DNA of 64,000 nt from Eukaryota sp. TZLM1-RC (GCA_040285825.1 JAUPSS010000001.1:3100001-3164000), one strand, 5' to 3'; shown: positions 21,059 to 33,700, counted from the first letter of the stretch. Translations and numbers: made by a program. The notes: generated from the sequence alone by a model not told the origin.

Positions 21059-22991
21059 ATGCTTTTATCTGAAAGCTCCCTCTCGACAGAGTCTCTCATC
21101 GCCTACAAGGAGTCTCTCGAACATAAGCTCTCTCTTCTACAGCCCCATTCCTCTGAAGCCAAACCTCTCACCTCTACTGCCGACCAACTCCTTCTACAAG
21201 CTAAAGACCTTTCCCATGACCTCCATAACTCTCTTTCTAATCTTCAAACACTCTCCTCATCACTTAAATCTACTACACCTACCTCTTACCCTATCCTCTC
21301 ACTTCTCGTGTTCTTAAAGCAATTGTCTTTTCGTCTCAACTCCACTCTTTCTTCCTTTAGTTTTCATACTTCTCTTGACTTTCTACAATACCTTACAGCC
21401 CTTCAACAACCTCTCCAAGAAGGTGATGCTTCCCATGTCTTACATGATGTATTCAACCATGTTTTAGGAAAGATTGAAGGTTTTTTGGAAACTGAAATTA
21501 GTCAAATAATGAGTGACAGGCTGAAAATTTTAGGATGGCCATCTGTGCCTGATTTTGATCTACATTCTGAAATTTTTGATGAATTTAAGGAAATTTTCAC
21601 TATTTCTGAGCTATTTAGTGATCTCTTGCCAAATGAAAGTTTTAAAATTTTTGGAATAGACACTATGATCTCTTCTTTTGCTATAGAAGTGTCCACTATC
21701 GACACTTCCACCAAAATTTTGCAACCAGCAATATTTTTAGATAAATGTTTTGCTTTTCTTTTAAATTTGATTGAACTAATGATTAAGTTTTGTACACCAT
21801 GCTTTTTATCAAAATTTTAAAATTTCATCACTTTGTGTGACTTCTATAATAAAAATCATCAGTGATACTTACTCTGAATGTATGAAAATTTTGAAAAGCG
21901 AAAATTTGCTAAATTTTGAAATTTTAAATATTTTGTTTTCTGATCTTTTGTCATTTCAGGATGAAATAGTTGCTTCAAATCTTTTCCCAAAATTTGATTC
22001 GAAATCACTTTTCCAATTAATTTTTGATTTTTCCCTCATTGGAGATTCTTGGCTGGTCAAAGAAGAGGTCAATAATGTGATTACTCGCATTGACCAAGCT
22101 CAAAATACACGTGTCACTGTGTCAAATTTTCCAATATTTTTTAGTGATCTCCTCTCGTCCAGACCATTTGTCACTGAGCTTATGATGACATGTGTATCAG
22201 AAGTTGATCTCATTTTGAACTATCTCAATTATTTACCAAATTTTGAGTCTTCATTAGTACTCGTTGTCACTGAAATCGCAGAAAAAAGTGTCAAAACTGT
22301 AAACTTCTACAGTTCAGCACATCACTCAACAATCAGCTCAATCGTAAGCTCAATTTCGACTGTAGACTTTTTCATCCAATTTTTCAAAGAAATTCAATTA
22401 ATTTTCCCAGCTATTATTTTAAAACAAATGATTTCTGAATTAAATTCCATGTACACGATACTTGAAGACAATTGCTTCAAACGAATCAGAAAGACTGTTT
22501 ATGACATCATTGTGTCATTTATAGTGTCTTTTCATAGTGCAAATATTTCGATGGAAACTGTAAATATTGATGTGTCACCAGAAATGATCTCTTTGTGTCA
22601 ATATGTGACTGAAATTTTGAACATGTTACCTACATTTTTTCCTCCAAAATTGATGAACATTTTTATTTCAAAATTAGTTGCTCAATTAGATGACCTTTTC
22701 TTTAAGGAATTTTTCCATTTGAAGTTTTCCAAACTTCAAGCAAGCCAATTAGCTTTCGATTTAAGCAATTTTTTCAACTGTTTTTCTCAATATTTCAGTG
22801 ATCCCAATAGAGCTTTTCCTAAAACCTTTGAATTTTCACAACTCTGGACGTGTAAACTCGATAGTCTGCTTTCACCAGGAACCAGCAGGCATAACTACTT
22901 GAAAAATGGAAATTATATCAAGAAACAACTAGGTTTGCAGGTTTTGACTTCTGAAGAAGTTGCTAGGATTGTTAGTATAATGAGTAAATAA
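21059..22991 (+). CDS. RINT1/TIP20-like vesicle tethering protein (one frameshift or intron near 21790)
   Basis: LKILGWP near the N-terminus; C-terminal FS...ASQLAFDL and LGLQVLTSEEVARIV. The two ORFs join if one T is removed from the T-run at 21788-21791. Confidence 0.65.
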
Positions 22992-23439
22992 TTTTGAATT
23001 TGTTGTTTTTTCTCAGAATTTATGTAATATTTGAAGGAAATAATTTGAGTTGTCCGGATAGAGCATTAAAGTTACCCAATAGCGTTTAGACACTTGACGA
23101 AGATACTGTTGTGAAAGGGCAACAGTAACAAAATTTGAACATTTAATTTAATAATCAAGGCTTATAAAAACAAAGTCTTGATGCTATTACATCCTCTATT
23201 AGGAGCCAAGAGCATCACTTTCAAGAAGTGATTGGATGGAGTAACCTCCACAAACTTGAATACATGAACCAACTTGAAACACCAGATTCTTTTTTCAACA
23301 GCAAAGACCACTTATTGTTACATATAGTTTCTCAAAAGTTCCCTCATCATTGAAGCACTTTAGTACTTTTGTTCCCATTCACACACTATCATACATAAAA
23401 AATCATTATTCACTCTATTTATTCAAAATCATGCTCACA

Positions 23440-24173
23440 CTAAATTTCATGGTCACTAATTGGATGTTTGGGTTTTTCAAAGCAGGGTTGATCAGTACCG
23501 TGGCAAACCATGGGATCTTGCCAGAACTTGCAGTAGCTGCAGGGAGGACAGAAGTGCTTAGGAGTCCACTTGAGACACCAATCAGGAAGCTTGATGACCA
23601 TTTTTTGATCAGTGTGAACAGGAGGTTTGCCATCTTCAAGATTGAGCTTCATTTCAAGATATTCAGTGTTCTTTGGATCAATTCTAATAATACCCTTCCA
23701 ATGACGTTGGAATCCAGGTCTAGAAAGCCACATATGAACTTCATCCTTTTCAGAAATGGTGCCGGTAACTCTCCACTGGAAGCCCTGAGCCCACATGGTA
23801 CCATGGAAGGATCCCTTACCATCGGCAAAGATTTGAGCAGTAACAGGCCACCTGCGAATCAATTGTCCCTTTGGTCCAAATTCGTACTTATCACCAGTCC
23901 ATCCCCCATGACCAGTGAGCACATCAAAGCGACGATCAGACCAGGGGTATCTAGGGCAGATGGGTCTTCCATCACAAGGGATATCGAGGTGTTGGCATAC
24001 AGGGGGATCTTGCCAGACTTTGCAGTAGGAATCTTCCCTAAAGAATTGGCACAGTTCATCACCCTTCATTGGTCTTTCATGACCAGAATGAAGTTCAACT
24101 GCTAGAACAGCAACAGTAATTGTAAGGCTATGGTTAAATCAAATTCCAGGGCATACAAGACAAGTATCTTCAT
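23440..24173 (-). CDS. Secreted Cys/Trp-motif protein, copy 1 (234 aa; 29-nt intron 24128-24156)
   Basis: Splicing GTATGC...CATAG gives signal peptide MKILVFLTITVAVLA in frame with the 209-aa ORF; two SYCKxWQDPxVCxxxDxPC modules. Confidence 0.85.
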
Positions 24174-25040
24174 CGTGATCCAGAGAAGTGGAGATTTTTT
24201 GGTTAATGGCGCTTTTGTACTGTGCTGTAGTCTTACTGTAGTCTCTGTTTACAGTAGGATCGACCTTACAGTTGAGCTCTACTACGAGCTTTTGATTGGG
24301 CAAATTGACTGCATTGTTTAAATTGTTTTACATGTTTTAACAGTTGTTTTCGGCTTTATTTGAGCTTTTGTGATTAACCAATCATTATTAATTCAACTTT
24401 AGTATTTTTAACTAAAATTGTTGTTGTTTTCTTTAGAATGGTCATTATTTGGTAGAATTGATAACGAGTTGGTAATTTTCAGCAGGATTCTCTTGGTGTG
24501 CTTCAAAAGTATTTTCCTTGCCTCATCCAGTGTTTCAATGTCTTTTATTTCTAAGAAAAAGTAAGCCTAACTTCGTGGAAAATGGTAACTGTATTAAAGA
24601 AATGGTCAGGATCGACCAATAAGTGTGATTAAACTGCAAGTTAAATGACATTTGTTTGAAACAGGAAATAAATAAACCAAACATTAAGGAGCCTTGCCAA
24701 TGAAACTGTGTTGAATACTGGGTTGGCGATCAAACCACCCACAGCTACGTGACTTAATAATACATACCCCAACTCTCTGATTAAGCTTATTACAACCTCC
24801 ATTTGCAACCAAGAGCTGCACTTTCAAGAAGTGGTTGGATGCAGTAACCTCCACAAACGTGAAGCACATTAACCATCTTGAATCAGAGTCGTGCTTCAAC
24901 AGCAAAGACCACTTATTGTTACATATAGTTTCTAAAAAGTTCCCTCATCATTGAAGCACTTTAGTACTTTTGTTCCCATTCACCCACTATCATACATAAA
25001 CAATCATTATTCACTCTATTTATTCAAAATCATGCTCACA

Positions 25041-25774
25041 CTACATTTCATGGTCACTAATTGGATGTTTGGGTTTTTCAAAGCAGGGTTGATCAGTACC
25101 GTGGCAAACCATGGGATCTTGCCAGAACTTGCAGTAGCTGCAGGGAGGACAGAAGTGCTTAGGAGTCCACTTGAGACACCAATCGGGAAGCTTGATGACC
25201 ATTTTTTGATCAGTGTGAACAGGAGGTTTGCCATCTTCAAGATTGAGGTTCATTTCAAGATATTCAGTGTTCTTTGGATCAATTCTAATAATACCCTTCC
25301 AATGGCGTTGGAATCCAGGTGTAGAAAGCCACATATGAACTTCATCCTTTTCAGAAATGGTGCCGGTAACTCTCCACTGGAAGCCCTGAGCCCACGTGGT
25401 ACCATGGAAGGATCCCTTACCATCGGCAAAGATTTGAGCAGTAACAGGCCACCTGCGAATCAATTGTCCCTTTGGTCCAAATTCGTACTTATCACCAGTC
25501 CATCCCCCATGACCAGTGAGCACATCAAAGCGACGATCAGACCAGGGGTATCTAGGGCAGATGGGTCTTCCATCACAAGGGATATCGAGGTGTTGGCATA
25601 CAGGGGGATCTTGCCAGACTTTGCAGTAGGAATCTTCCCTAAAGAATTGGCAAAGTTCATCACCCTTCATTGGTCTTTCATGACCAGAATGAAGTTCAAC
25701 TGCTAGAACAGCAACAGTAATTGTAAGGCTATGGTTAAATCAAATTCCAGGGCATACAAGACAAGTATCTTCAT
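25041..25774 (-). CDS. Secreted Cys/Trp-motif protein, copy 2
   Basis: Same structure as copy 1, offset 1601. Confidence 0.85.
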
Positions 25775-26637
25775 CGTGATCCAGAGAAGTGGAGATTTTT
25801 TGGTTAATGGCGTTTTTGTACTGTGCTGTAGTCTTATTGTAGTCTCTGTTTACAGTAGGATCGACCTTACAGTTGAGCTCTACTACGAGCTTTTGATTGG
25901 GCAAATTGACTGCATTGTTTAAATTGTTTTACATGTTTTAACAGTTGTTTTCGGCTTTATTTGAGCTTTTGTGATTAACCAATCATTATTAATTCAACTT
26001 TAGTATTTTTAACTAAAATTGTTGTTGTTTTCTTTAGAATGGTCATTATTTGGTAGAATTGATAACGAGTTGGTAATTTTCAGCAGGATTCTCTTGGTGT
26101 GCTTCAAAAGTATCTTCCTTGCCTCATCCAGTGTTTCAATGTCTTTTATTTCTAAGAAAAAGTAAACCTAACTTCGTGGAAAATGGTAACTGTATTAAAG
26201 AAATGGTCAGGATCGACCAATAAGTGTGATTAAACTGCAAGTTAAATGACATTTGTTTGAAACAGGAAATAAATAAACCAAACATTAAGGAGCCTTGCCA
26301 ATGAAACTGTGTTGAATACTGGGTTGGCGATCAAACCACCCACAGCTACGTGACTTAATAATACATACCCCAACTCTCTGATTAAGCTTATTACAACCTC
26401 CATTTGCAACCAAGAGCTGCACTTTCAAGAAGTGGTTGGATGCAGTAACCTCCACAAACGTGAAGCACATTAACCATCTTGAATCAGAGTCGTGCTTCAA
26501 CAGCAAAGTCCACTTATTGCTATAGTTTCTAAAAAGTTCCCTCATCATTGAAGCACTTTAGTACTTTTGCTCCCATTCACACACTATCATACATAAAAAA
26601 TGATTATTCACTCTTTTTATTCAAAATCATGCTCACA

Positions 26638-27371
26638 CTACATTTCATGGTCACTAATTGGATGTTTGGGTTTTTCAAAGCAGGGTTGATCAGTACCGTG
26701 GCAAACCATGGGATCTTGCCAGAACTTGCAGTAGCTGCAGGGAGGACAGAAGTGCTTAGGAGTCCACTTGAGACACCAATCGGGAAGCTTGATGACCATT
26801 TTTTGATCAGTGTGAACAGGAGGTTTGCCATCTTCAAGATTGAGGTTCATTTCAAGATATTCAGTGTTCTTTGGATCAATTCTAATAATACCCTTCCAAT
26901 GGCGTTGGAATCCAGGTGTAGAAAGCCACATATGAACTTCATCCTTTTCAGAAATGGTGCCGGTAACTCTCCACTGGAAGCCCTGAGCCCACGTGGTACC
27001 ATGGAAGGATCCCTTACCATCGGCAAAGATTTGAGCAGTAACAGGCCACCTGCGAATCAATTGTCCCTTTGGTCCAAATTCGTACTTATCACCAGTCCAT
27101 CCCCCATGACCAGTGAGCACATCAAAGCGACGATCAGACCAGGGGTATCTAGGGCAGATGGGTCTTCCATCACAAGGGATATCGAGGTGTTGGCATACAG
27201 GGGGATCTTGCCAGACTTTGCAGTAGGAATCTTCCCTAAAGAATTGGCAAAGTTCATCACCCTTCATTGGTCTTTCATGACCAGAATGAAGTTCAACTGC
27301 TAGAACAGCAACAGTAATTGTAAGGCTATGGTTAAATCAAATTCCAGGGCATACAAGACAAGTATCTTCAT
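26638..27371 (-). CDS. Secreted Cys/Trp-motif protein, copy 3
   Basis: Same structure; the 209-aa ORF is identical to copy 2. Confidence 0.85.
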
Positions 27372-28234
27372 CGTGATCCAGAGAAGTGGAGATTTTTTGG
27401 TTAATGGCGTTTTTGTACTGTGCTGTAGTCTTATTGTAGTCTCTGTTTACAGTAGGATCGACCTTACAGTTGAGCTCTACTACGAGCTTTTGATTGGGCA
27501 AATTGACTGCATTGTTTAAATTGTTTTACATGTTTTAACAGTTGTTTTCGGCTTTATTTGAGCTTTTGTGATTAACCAATCATTATTAATTCAACTTTAG
27601 TATTTTTAACTAAAATTGTTGTTGTTTTCTTTAGAATGGTCATTATTTGGTAGAATTGATAACGAGTTGGTAATTTTCAGCAGGATTCTCTTGGTGTGCT
27701 TCAAAAGTATCTTCCTTGCCTCATCCAGTGTTTCAATGTCTTTTATTTCTAAGAAAAAGTAAACCTAACTTCGTGGAAAATGGTAACTGTATTAAAGAAA
27801 TGGTCAGGATCGACCAATAAGTGTGATTAAACTGCAAGTTAAATGACATTTGTTTGAAACAGGAAATAAATAAACCAAACATTAAGGAGCCTTGCCAATG
27901 AAACTGTGTTGAATACTGGGTTGGCGATCAAACCACCCACAGCTACGTGACTTAATAATACATACCCCAACTCTCTGATTAAGCTTATTACAACCTCCAT
28001 TTGCAACCAAGAGCTGCACTTTCAAGAAGTGGTTGGATGCAGTAACCTCCACAAACGTGAAGCACATTAACCATCTTGAATCAGAGTCGTGCTTCAACAG
28101 CAAAGTCCACTTATTGCTATAGTTTCTAAAAAGTTCCCTCATCATTGAAGCACTTTAGTACTTTTGCTCCCATTCACACACTATCATACATAAAAAATGA
28201 TTATTCACTCTTTTTATTCAAAATCATGCTCACA

Positions 28235-28968
28235 CTACATTTCATGGTCACTAATGGGATGTTTGGGTTTTTCAAAGCAGGGTTGATCAGTACCGTGGCA
28301 AACCATGGGATCTTGCCAGAACTTACAGTAGCTGCAGGGAGGACAGAAGTGCTTAGGAGTCCACTTGAGACACCAATCGGGAAGCTTGATGACCATTTTT
28401 TGATCAGTGTGAACAGGAGGTTTGCCATCTTCAAGATTGAGCTTCATTTCAAGATATTCAGTGTTCTTTGGATCAATTCTAATAATACCCTTCCAATGGC
28501 GTTGGAATCCAGGTCTAGAAAGCCACATATGAACTTCATCCTTTTCAGAAATGGTGCCGGTAACTCTCCACTGGAAGCCCTGAGCCCACATGGTACCATG
28601 GAAGGATCCCTTACCATCGGCAAAGATTTGAGCAGTAACAGGCCATCTGCGAATCAATTGTCCCTTTGGTCCAAATTCGTACTTATCACCAGACCATCCC
28701 CCATGACCAGTGAGTACATCAAAGCGATGATCAGACCAGGGATATCTAGGGCAGATGGGTCTTCCATCACAAGGGATATCGAGGTGTTGGCATACAGGGG
28801 GATCTTGCCAGACTTTGCAGTAGGAATCTTCCCTAAAAAATTGGCAAAGTTCATCACCTTTCATTGGTCTTTCATGACCAGAATGAAGTTCAACTGCTAA
28901 AACAGCAACAATAATTGTAAGGCTATGGTTAAATCAAATTCCATGGCATACAAGACAAGTAGCTTCAT
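28235..28968 (-). CDS. Secreted Cys/Trp-motif protein, copy 4
   Basis: Same structure; most substitutions are silent on this strand. Confidence 0.85.
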
Positions 28969-29975
28969 CGTGATACATAGAAGTGGGGCTTTTTTGGTTA
29001 ATGGCGTTTTTGTACTGTGCTGTAGTCTTACTGTAGTCTCTGTTTACAGTAGGATCGACTTTACAGTTGAGCTCTACTACAAGCTTTTGATTGGGCAAAT
29101 TGTGGTGTTTTCGGACTCAAGATGCTAATATATTCTGGGCTTGAGTTAACACCATTTTAACTAACGGGAGTGACGTTAATTTTGGGTGTTCTTCTAACTT
29201 TGTTTCTGTTCAATGGACATTTATAAATAGAACGAATCAGAAGAATAAACTTTTTAGTCAGCACAACACGATTTAATAAAAAATATCAGCAATTGTTATG
29301 TTTTCTATCATTAGCTAGGAATTTTACCATGAATTTATGAAATCAATGTTGATTAATTGATAATGGCAGTATTGAATTGACTATTATACAAGAATCAGCG
29401 GTATTGTCAGTAGTAGTTCAACGGACAAGGTTCAATAATTTGCTTTATTGTTCTATCAAAATCCTAGGTCTTCCTTAGTCACTTCAGGACTGAAAAGCTG
29501 TTTTAAGGTGGGAAGAATTTTATTGATTTCGTTGGTAATTCTTCTACAAGATAGCACCTACAAGACAAATTGTCGTGGCATAATGTTGTTGATTTTCCCA
29601 TAGTCGGAAGGGATATGACAAATTTACCATTTTTCAAAGAACTTCATTATTGATTCAAAATCTTTCCCTGTAATGTTCTTCTCCTCTCGGGGAGTTTCTT
29701 CTGCAGTTTTTGTAATGAACTAGCTCTTGACTCCAATCACTCTGAGCCTGGTGGTTTCCCCATCATATGCTGCTCAAAAGTCTTTGATGGTGATTAACAT
29801 GGAGATTACCACTATGAGGATAACTTTGACAATGATGACAATGAAATAGCCTACCAAGAGTTTTAAATTATAGTATTACCCTCCATAACAAACCATGATG
29901 TTAGAATTGATTATGAATTTTTAAGGTAAAAAATACAAATTATTTTGCAATTTCATTATGAATTTTTGATTACAT

Positions 29976-30698
29976 TTAAGATTTAACAACATTGTCCCGA
30001 ATTTGCTTTCTGGAAATTTGATCTGCAAACCGAATAGGTTCAGGAATCCTATACCTACAACACCTTGCCACAATCTCACATGAACTCTCCAAATCAATTA
30101 AGTGGCCAATAGACACGTAAATGGGCTGGATTGTTGTGTCAGTTGGCCGCAAAGCTGCTCCTAGTACTTTCCCTCCCTCGCCCCACAAATACATATAATC
30201 CCCTGCCCTGTACAGGTTACTCTCTGCTTCCTTACGAACTTGTTTTGTATCAAGTCCTTGAATACACAACAAGGTCTTTGAAACACCAATTGTGGGGACA
30301 TTTAGATGTACACCAATGTGAGATGCAGAACCAGCACTACGGTCATGGTGTATTCCACATCCATCTACTAGAAGGACATCTGGTATAAGTTCAGGTTGAT
30401 TTGTTTTTAGTTTATTAAACAACTTTTCTACTAATGGATATTCTCGGAATGCCAAAAATCCTGTTTTATAAGGAACATGTAGATTTTCGGTATATAGAGT
30501 GTCAGAATAAAGCAACTTAAGTTCTGGATAAGTTAACACAGTGAGACAAGCAGATGCTATAGTCGTATTATCCTTAGAAAAGGATACATCAACTCCACCT
30601 ACCATAGAAATGTCGAGAGGAGAGGAATGTGGGGGAATAGTGACAACCCGTGATGCAACATCTCTTTGTTGGGACTCCCATTCATATTGCATTAGCAC
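29976..30698 (-). CDS. ENDOV: Endonuclease V (deoxyinosine 3' endonuclease)
   Basis: GGVDVSF, PYKTGFLAFRE, LLVDGCGIHH..GSASHIG..PTIGVSK, PIYVSIGH, RIPEPIR.AD. True start uncertain. Confidence 0.95.
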   Translation of the reverse strand: MLMQYEWESQQRDVASRVVTIPPHSSPLDISMVGGVDVSFSKDNTTIASACLTVLTYPELKLLYSDTLYTENLHVPYKTGFLAFREYPLVEKLFNKLKTNQPELIPDVLLVDGCGIHHDRSAGSASHIGVHLNVPTIGVSKTLLCIQGLDTKQVRKEAESNLYRAGDYMYLWGEGGKVLGAALRPTDTTIQPIYVSIGHLIDLESSCEIVARCCRYRIPEPIRFADQISRKQIRDNVVKS

Positions 30699-30830
30699 TT
30701 GTGGGTAATGAAGGCTATATGAGAAGATATGACTTTGGGGATTGACAAGTTCTCAAAATACCCATCATCTAATCATCACTGTCCTTACCCTTTTTGGTTT
30801 GTTGCCCATCTCTTCACATATTTTGACAAT

Positions 30831-32435
30831 ATGGCACTCTCCGTTCAACATAAAATGGAGCTCATGACTCCTGAACTCTCTGATTATCGGGATAAGCAAA
30901 TCTTCTCCCAGCATGAAATTAATGACATTGTAAGCCGTCGCCAACATTTTGAACTACAGCTAAAGCGACGTCCTCCTGCTAAAATAGATTTCCTTCATGC
31001 TATCCGATATGAACTACAACTTGACGATCTTCGCCAAAAACGCAAGAAGTCCCTTTCTCTTACAGAATGTCCTTCAGATTTCGCTATCTTACGCCGCATC
31101 TTCTCTCTCTTCCATCGTGTAACTCTACGATTTGGAGGTGATGTCACTCTATGGCAATCGTACATCACATTCTGTCTTCGCAAAGGAGCCTTCAAACGGA
31201 TCTCTTTAGTCTTTGGCCGTGCCCTAGCTCTTCACCCCTCATCAATCTCTTTGTGGTTACTTGCAATCCAATTCGAGTACCACGTTCATCACTCCCCTGC
31301 TTCTACACGTTCTGTCATCTCCCACGCTCTTGCATCCAATCCATCATCCACTGTTCTCTATGAAGAATGGCTGAAAATGGAAGTATCGTTGATAAAATCA
31401 ATGAAGGAAAGTGGAAGATTTGTGGGCGATCTGGACGAAGGACTTGATCAGTTACGCAAGGGAGAGTTTGTTGATAAAGTAGTTTTACAATCATTTCATA
31501 GTAGTGACATTTCCAAAATTTCGTCATTTGAGCTCCTCAAGCATTATTGTTTTTTGGTAAGGATCATCGAGTTAAGTCTCAACCAAGGTATTCTTGAAGA
31601 TTCTTTTGTTTCAAATTTGAACAAATATTATGCTTTTATTCGAGAATTTTTCATTAATGAAAAACATTTACCCTTGGTAATTGTCACTGCTGCATCTTTT
31701 CTTAGTCAATCACAGCTTCGAATTGGCCTCGTTGACAGTCAAAAATTGATTGATTGTTGTCAGGAGTTGTCAGGTTTGATCTCTTCTTTTCCAGTGAGCT
31801 CTTCTCTCAAAAACCTGGTCATCACTGAAATTTTGGATATTTGCGATTTTCATAAGGATCAAGTTGATGATTTGCCAGTTATTTTTTTGATAAACCTACT
31901 CGAAAACTTGGAATTTGGTGTTGAATTAGATTCAAAATTGGTCAATTCGATATTGGTCTTTTATTCCAATAGCCAAATTCCGGTTGAAGACACGTTGAAA
32001 TTTTTGGAAGTGATCTCTTCTAAGTCGTTGTCAACAGATGCTTTAAAATTGGTTCAGTCTACGCTATCTAAATTTTTGAATTTTGATCTTGTTTCTGAGC
32101 CTTTATTGAGCCTTTTATCACGTGATCAAAACGGACAAAATATTGGTAAAATGATTTCTACAATTGCAGGATATAGGCCAGATCACGACGTCACCATAGT
32201 TCAAAAATGTTTGACTGTTCTTGACAATCAAAGTCAATCAGAAATTGATAGACTGCGTCAGGAATTCGAAAGACTTTTGACGACTTCTCACGATATTGAC
32301 CTTTGGATGACCTGGATACGGTTTGAACAAATGCTTGATAGTTCCAAATCCCGGTTACACCACGTTGTGCCAAAAGCCATCAAGAGGTTTCCGAATCATC
32401 AAAAATTGTTTGAAAAATTAATAATTAAAAATTAA
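30831..32435 (+). CDS. UTP6: U3 snoRNA-associated protein 6
   Basis: N-terminal VQHKME...PEL.D....IFS..EI..IV..R..FE..L.RR.....DFL..I.YE..L..LR..R, followed by HAT repeats. Confidence 0.9.
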   Translation: MALSVQHKMELMTPELSDYRDKQIFSQHEINDIVSRRQHFELQLKRRPPAKIDFLHAIRYELQLDDLRQKRKKSLSLTECPSDFAILRRIFSLFHRVTLRFGGDVTLWQSYITFCLRKGAFKRISLVFGRALALHPSSISLWLLAIQFEYHVHHSPASTRSVISHALASNPSSTVLYEEWLKMEVSLIKSMKESGRFVGDLDEGLDQLRKGEFVDKVVLQSFHSSDISKISSFELLKHYCFLVRIIELSLNQGILEDSFVSNLNKYYAFIREFFINEKHLPLVIVTAASFLSQSQLRIGLVDSQKLIDCCQELSGLISSFPVSSSLKNLVITEILDICDFHKDQVDDLPVIFLINLLENLEFGVELDSKLVNSILVFYSNSQIPVEDTLKFLEVISSKSLSTDALKLVQSTLSKFLNFDLVSEPLLSLLSRDQNGQNIGKMISTIAGYRPDHDVTIVQKCLTVLDNQSQSEIDRLRQEFERLLTTSHDIDLWMTWIRFEQMLDSSKSRLHHVVPKAIKRFPNHQKLFEKLIIKN

Positions 32436-32654
32436 TATAGTTGTGTTTTTTTAGTCTTTTTTAAAATTAATTTACCAGCATTTGTTGCCTTGGTGATAAA
32501 TTATTGACGGTTTACTCATTTCTTCACTATTTGTCATCATTGAGGTAATTGTTGTTGAATTTGCAATACGATTGGATGGCTGGTTACACGAAATAGCAAA
32601 TATTCTAGGTAATCGTTTTAACAACACAAAGTATGAATCAGATTTGTTATACAT

Positions 32655-33500
32655 AATATATATTTATTGAATTTGCACACTTAATTAAATTAACTCAATA
32701 CTAATGGGACGACTATCATTGAATCAAGATTTCCTCTACAAAATCTTGATCTGCTTGCTGTCTAGCTAAAGCTTCTCTTATTCGATTGAAAAACCGCGGT
32801 AATCTATTAATAATGGCAAATTGAATCCGTGAACGCCATAAAAAAATATCAAATCTTTTCATTGTTTTTTCTTGCACCATTTTTTGGAAGTCATCCAAAA
32901 AAGTTTCTGCTTCAACTGATAATCTTCCATTTATGGAAAATGGGAAAGCAATAAAAACCAGCTGTGTATTTCTATCGACATTTGCCTCTTCAATTTCTTT
33001 ATCATATTTTCTATGTTTTTCTTTTGCTTTAAAATCCAGAGCAGCCACAGGATTAAGTTTTCTTCTGTGAACCAAAGTATCATTTGCAACATTACATGAG
33101 ACAAAGTCAACAATAGCTTCAGAATTATCAATCCAATCACAGTATACATCACCTCTATCATCAGAACCAAAATTATTCAGAGAAAGTGTTTCCTTCAGCA
33201 GGGGCTCTTTGATACACGATATCCTTGCAGTTTGTGCCATATTGAAAACAGTGTCTCTAACAGCATCATGTAATGAAGAACGATAAGTTATCAATTTAGA
33301 GCAATTCAGAGCATGGTGCAAAGTGAGTCGAGGTGAATTCGAACAAATACATTTTTCTTTTGATAATAATTGGTTAATGGGGATGTTCAAATATAATCGC
33401 ATTTTTGTTACAAATGCTTCATTAGTGGCACACAATCCAAATCTTCGTGGTACAATGGTTACAAAAAGTGAAGAATCTGACGACTTGTTTTCACAAATAT
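32655..33500 (-). mobile_element. 5'-truncated CRE-like family B copy with open RLE region and 3' tail
   Basis: CICSN..HALNC..H, RGDVYCD..DFVSC..KAKEKHRKY..FPFSING..WRSRIQFAI; stop at 32716; AATAAA tail. Confidence 0.9.
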
Positions 33501-33504
33501 ACAT

Positions 33505-33700
33505 AATACGTTTTATTAATAAAAAACAATCTTTCCTATTAACAATTAACGTGAAATGCTCAGTCTGCAACACTTTTAAGGCACCGTCCATGGTGTTTTT
33601 CTATTATTTTGTACCATCAAACAACCATATAGGAGATTTTCTTGGAGAAAAGATGCGTACGAGCAATTGAGGACTTAAAATTAAAAGGACTAATTTGATG
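33505..33700 (-). mobile_element. 3' stub of RLE family D
   Basis: Homologous to 7135-7345 and 38200-38400. Confidence 0.65.

Larger units (their letters stand above)
23170..29102. repeat. Tandem array of ~1.6-kb gene units (about 3.7 copies; periods 1601/1597/1597)
   Basis: Direct sequence repetition; inner copies are nearly identical and the flanks diverge. Confidence 0.97.

Noticed and set aside
23350-28900. 251-aa plus-strand ORFs antisense to each array gene, as an overlapping gene
   Set aside because: They start at TTG, and substitutions between copies are mostly non-synonymous in this frame but silent on the minus strand; they are shadow ORFs.
23170-29102. Array as a CRISPR-like or rDNA repeat
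   Set aside because: Units are 1.6-kb protein-coding duplications with no repeat-spacer structure and no rRNA motifs.
32716-33591. 291-aa ORF as a real gene
   Set aside because: The N-terminus comes from a family D tail fortuitously in frame with a truncated family B RLE region.
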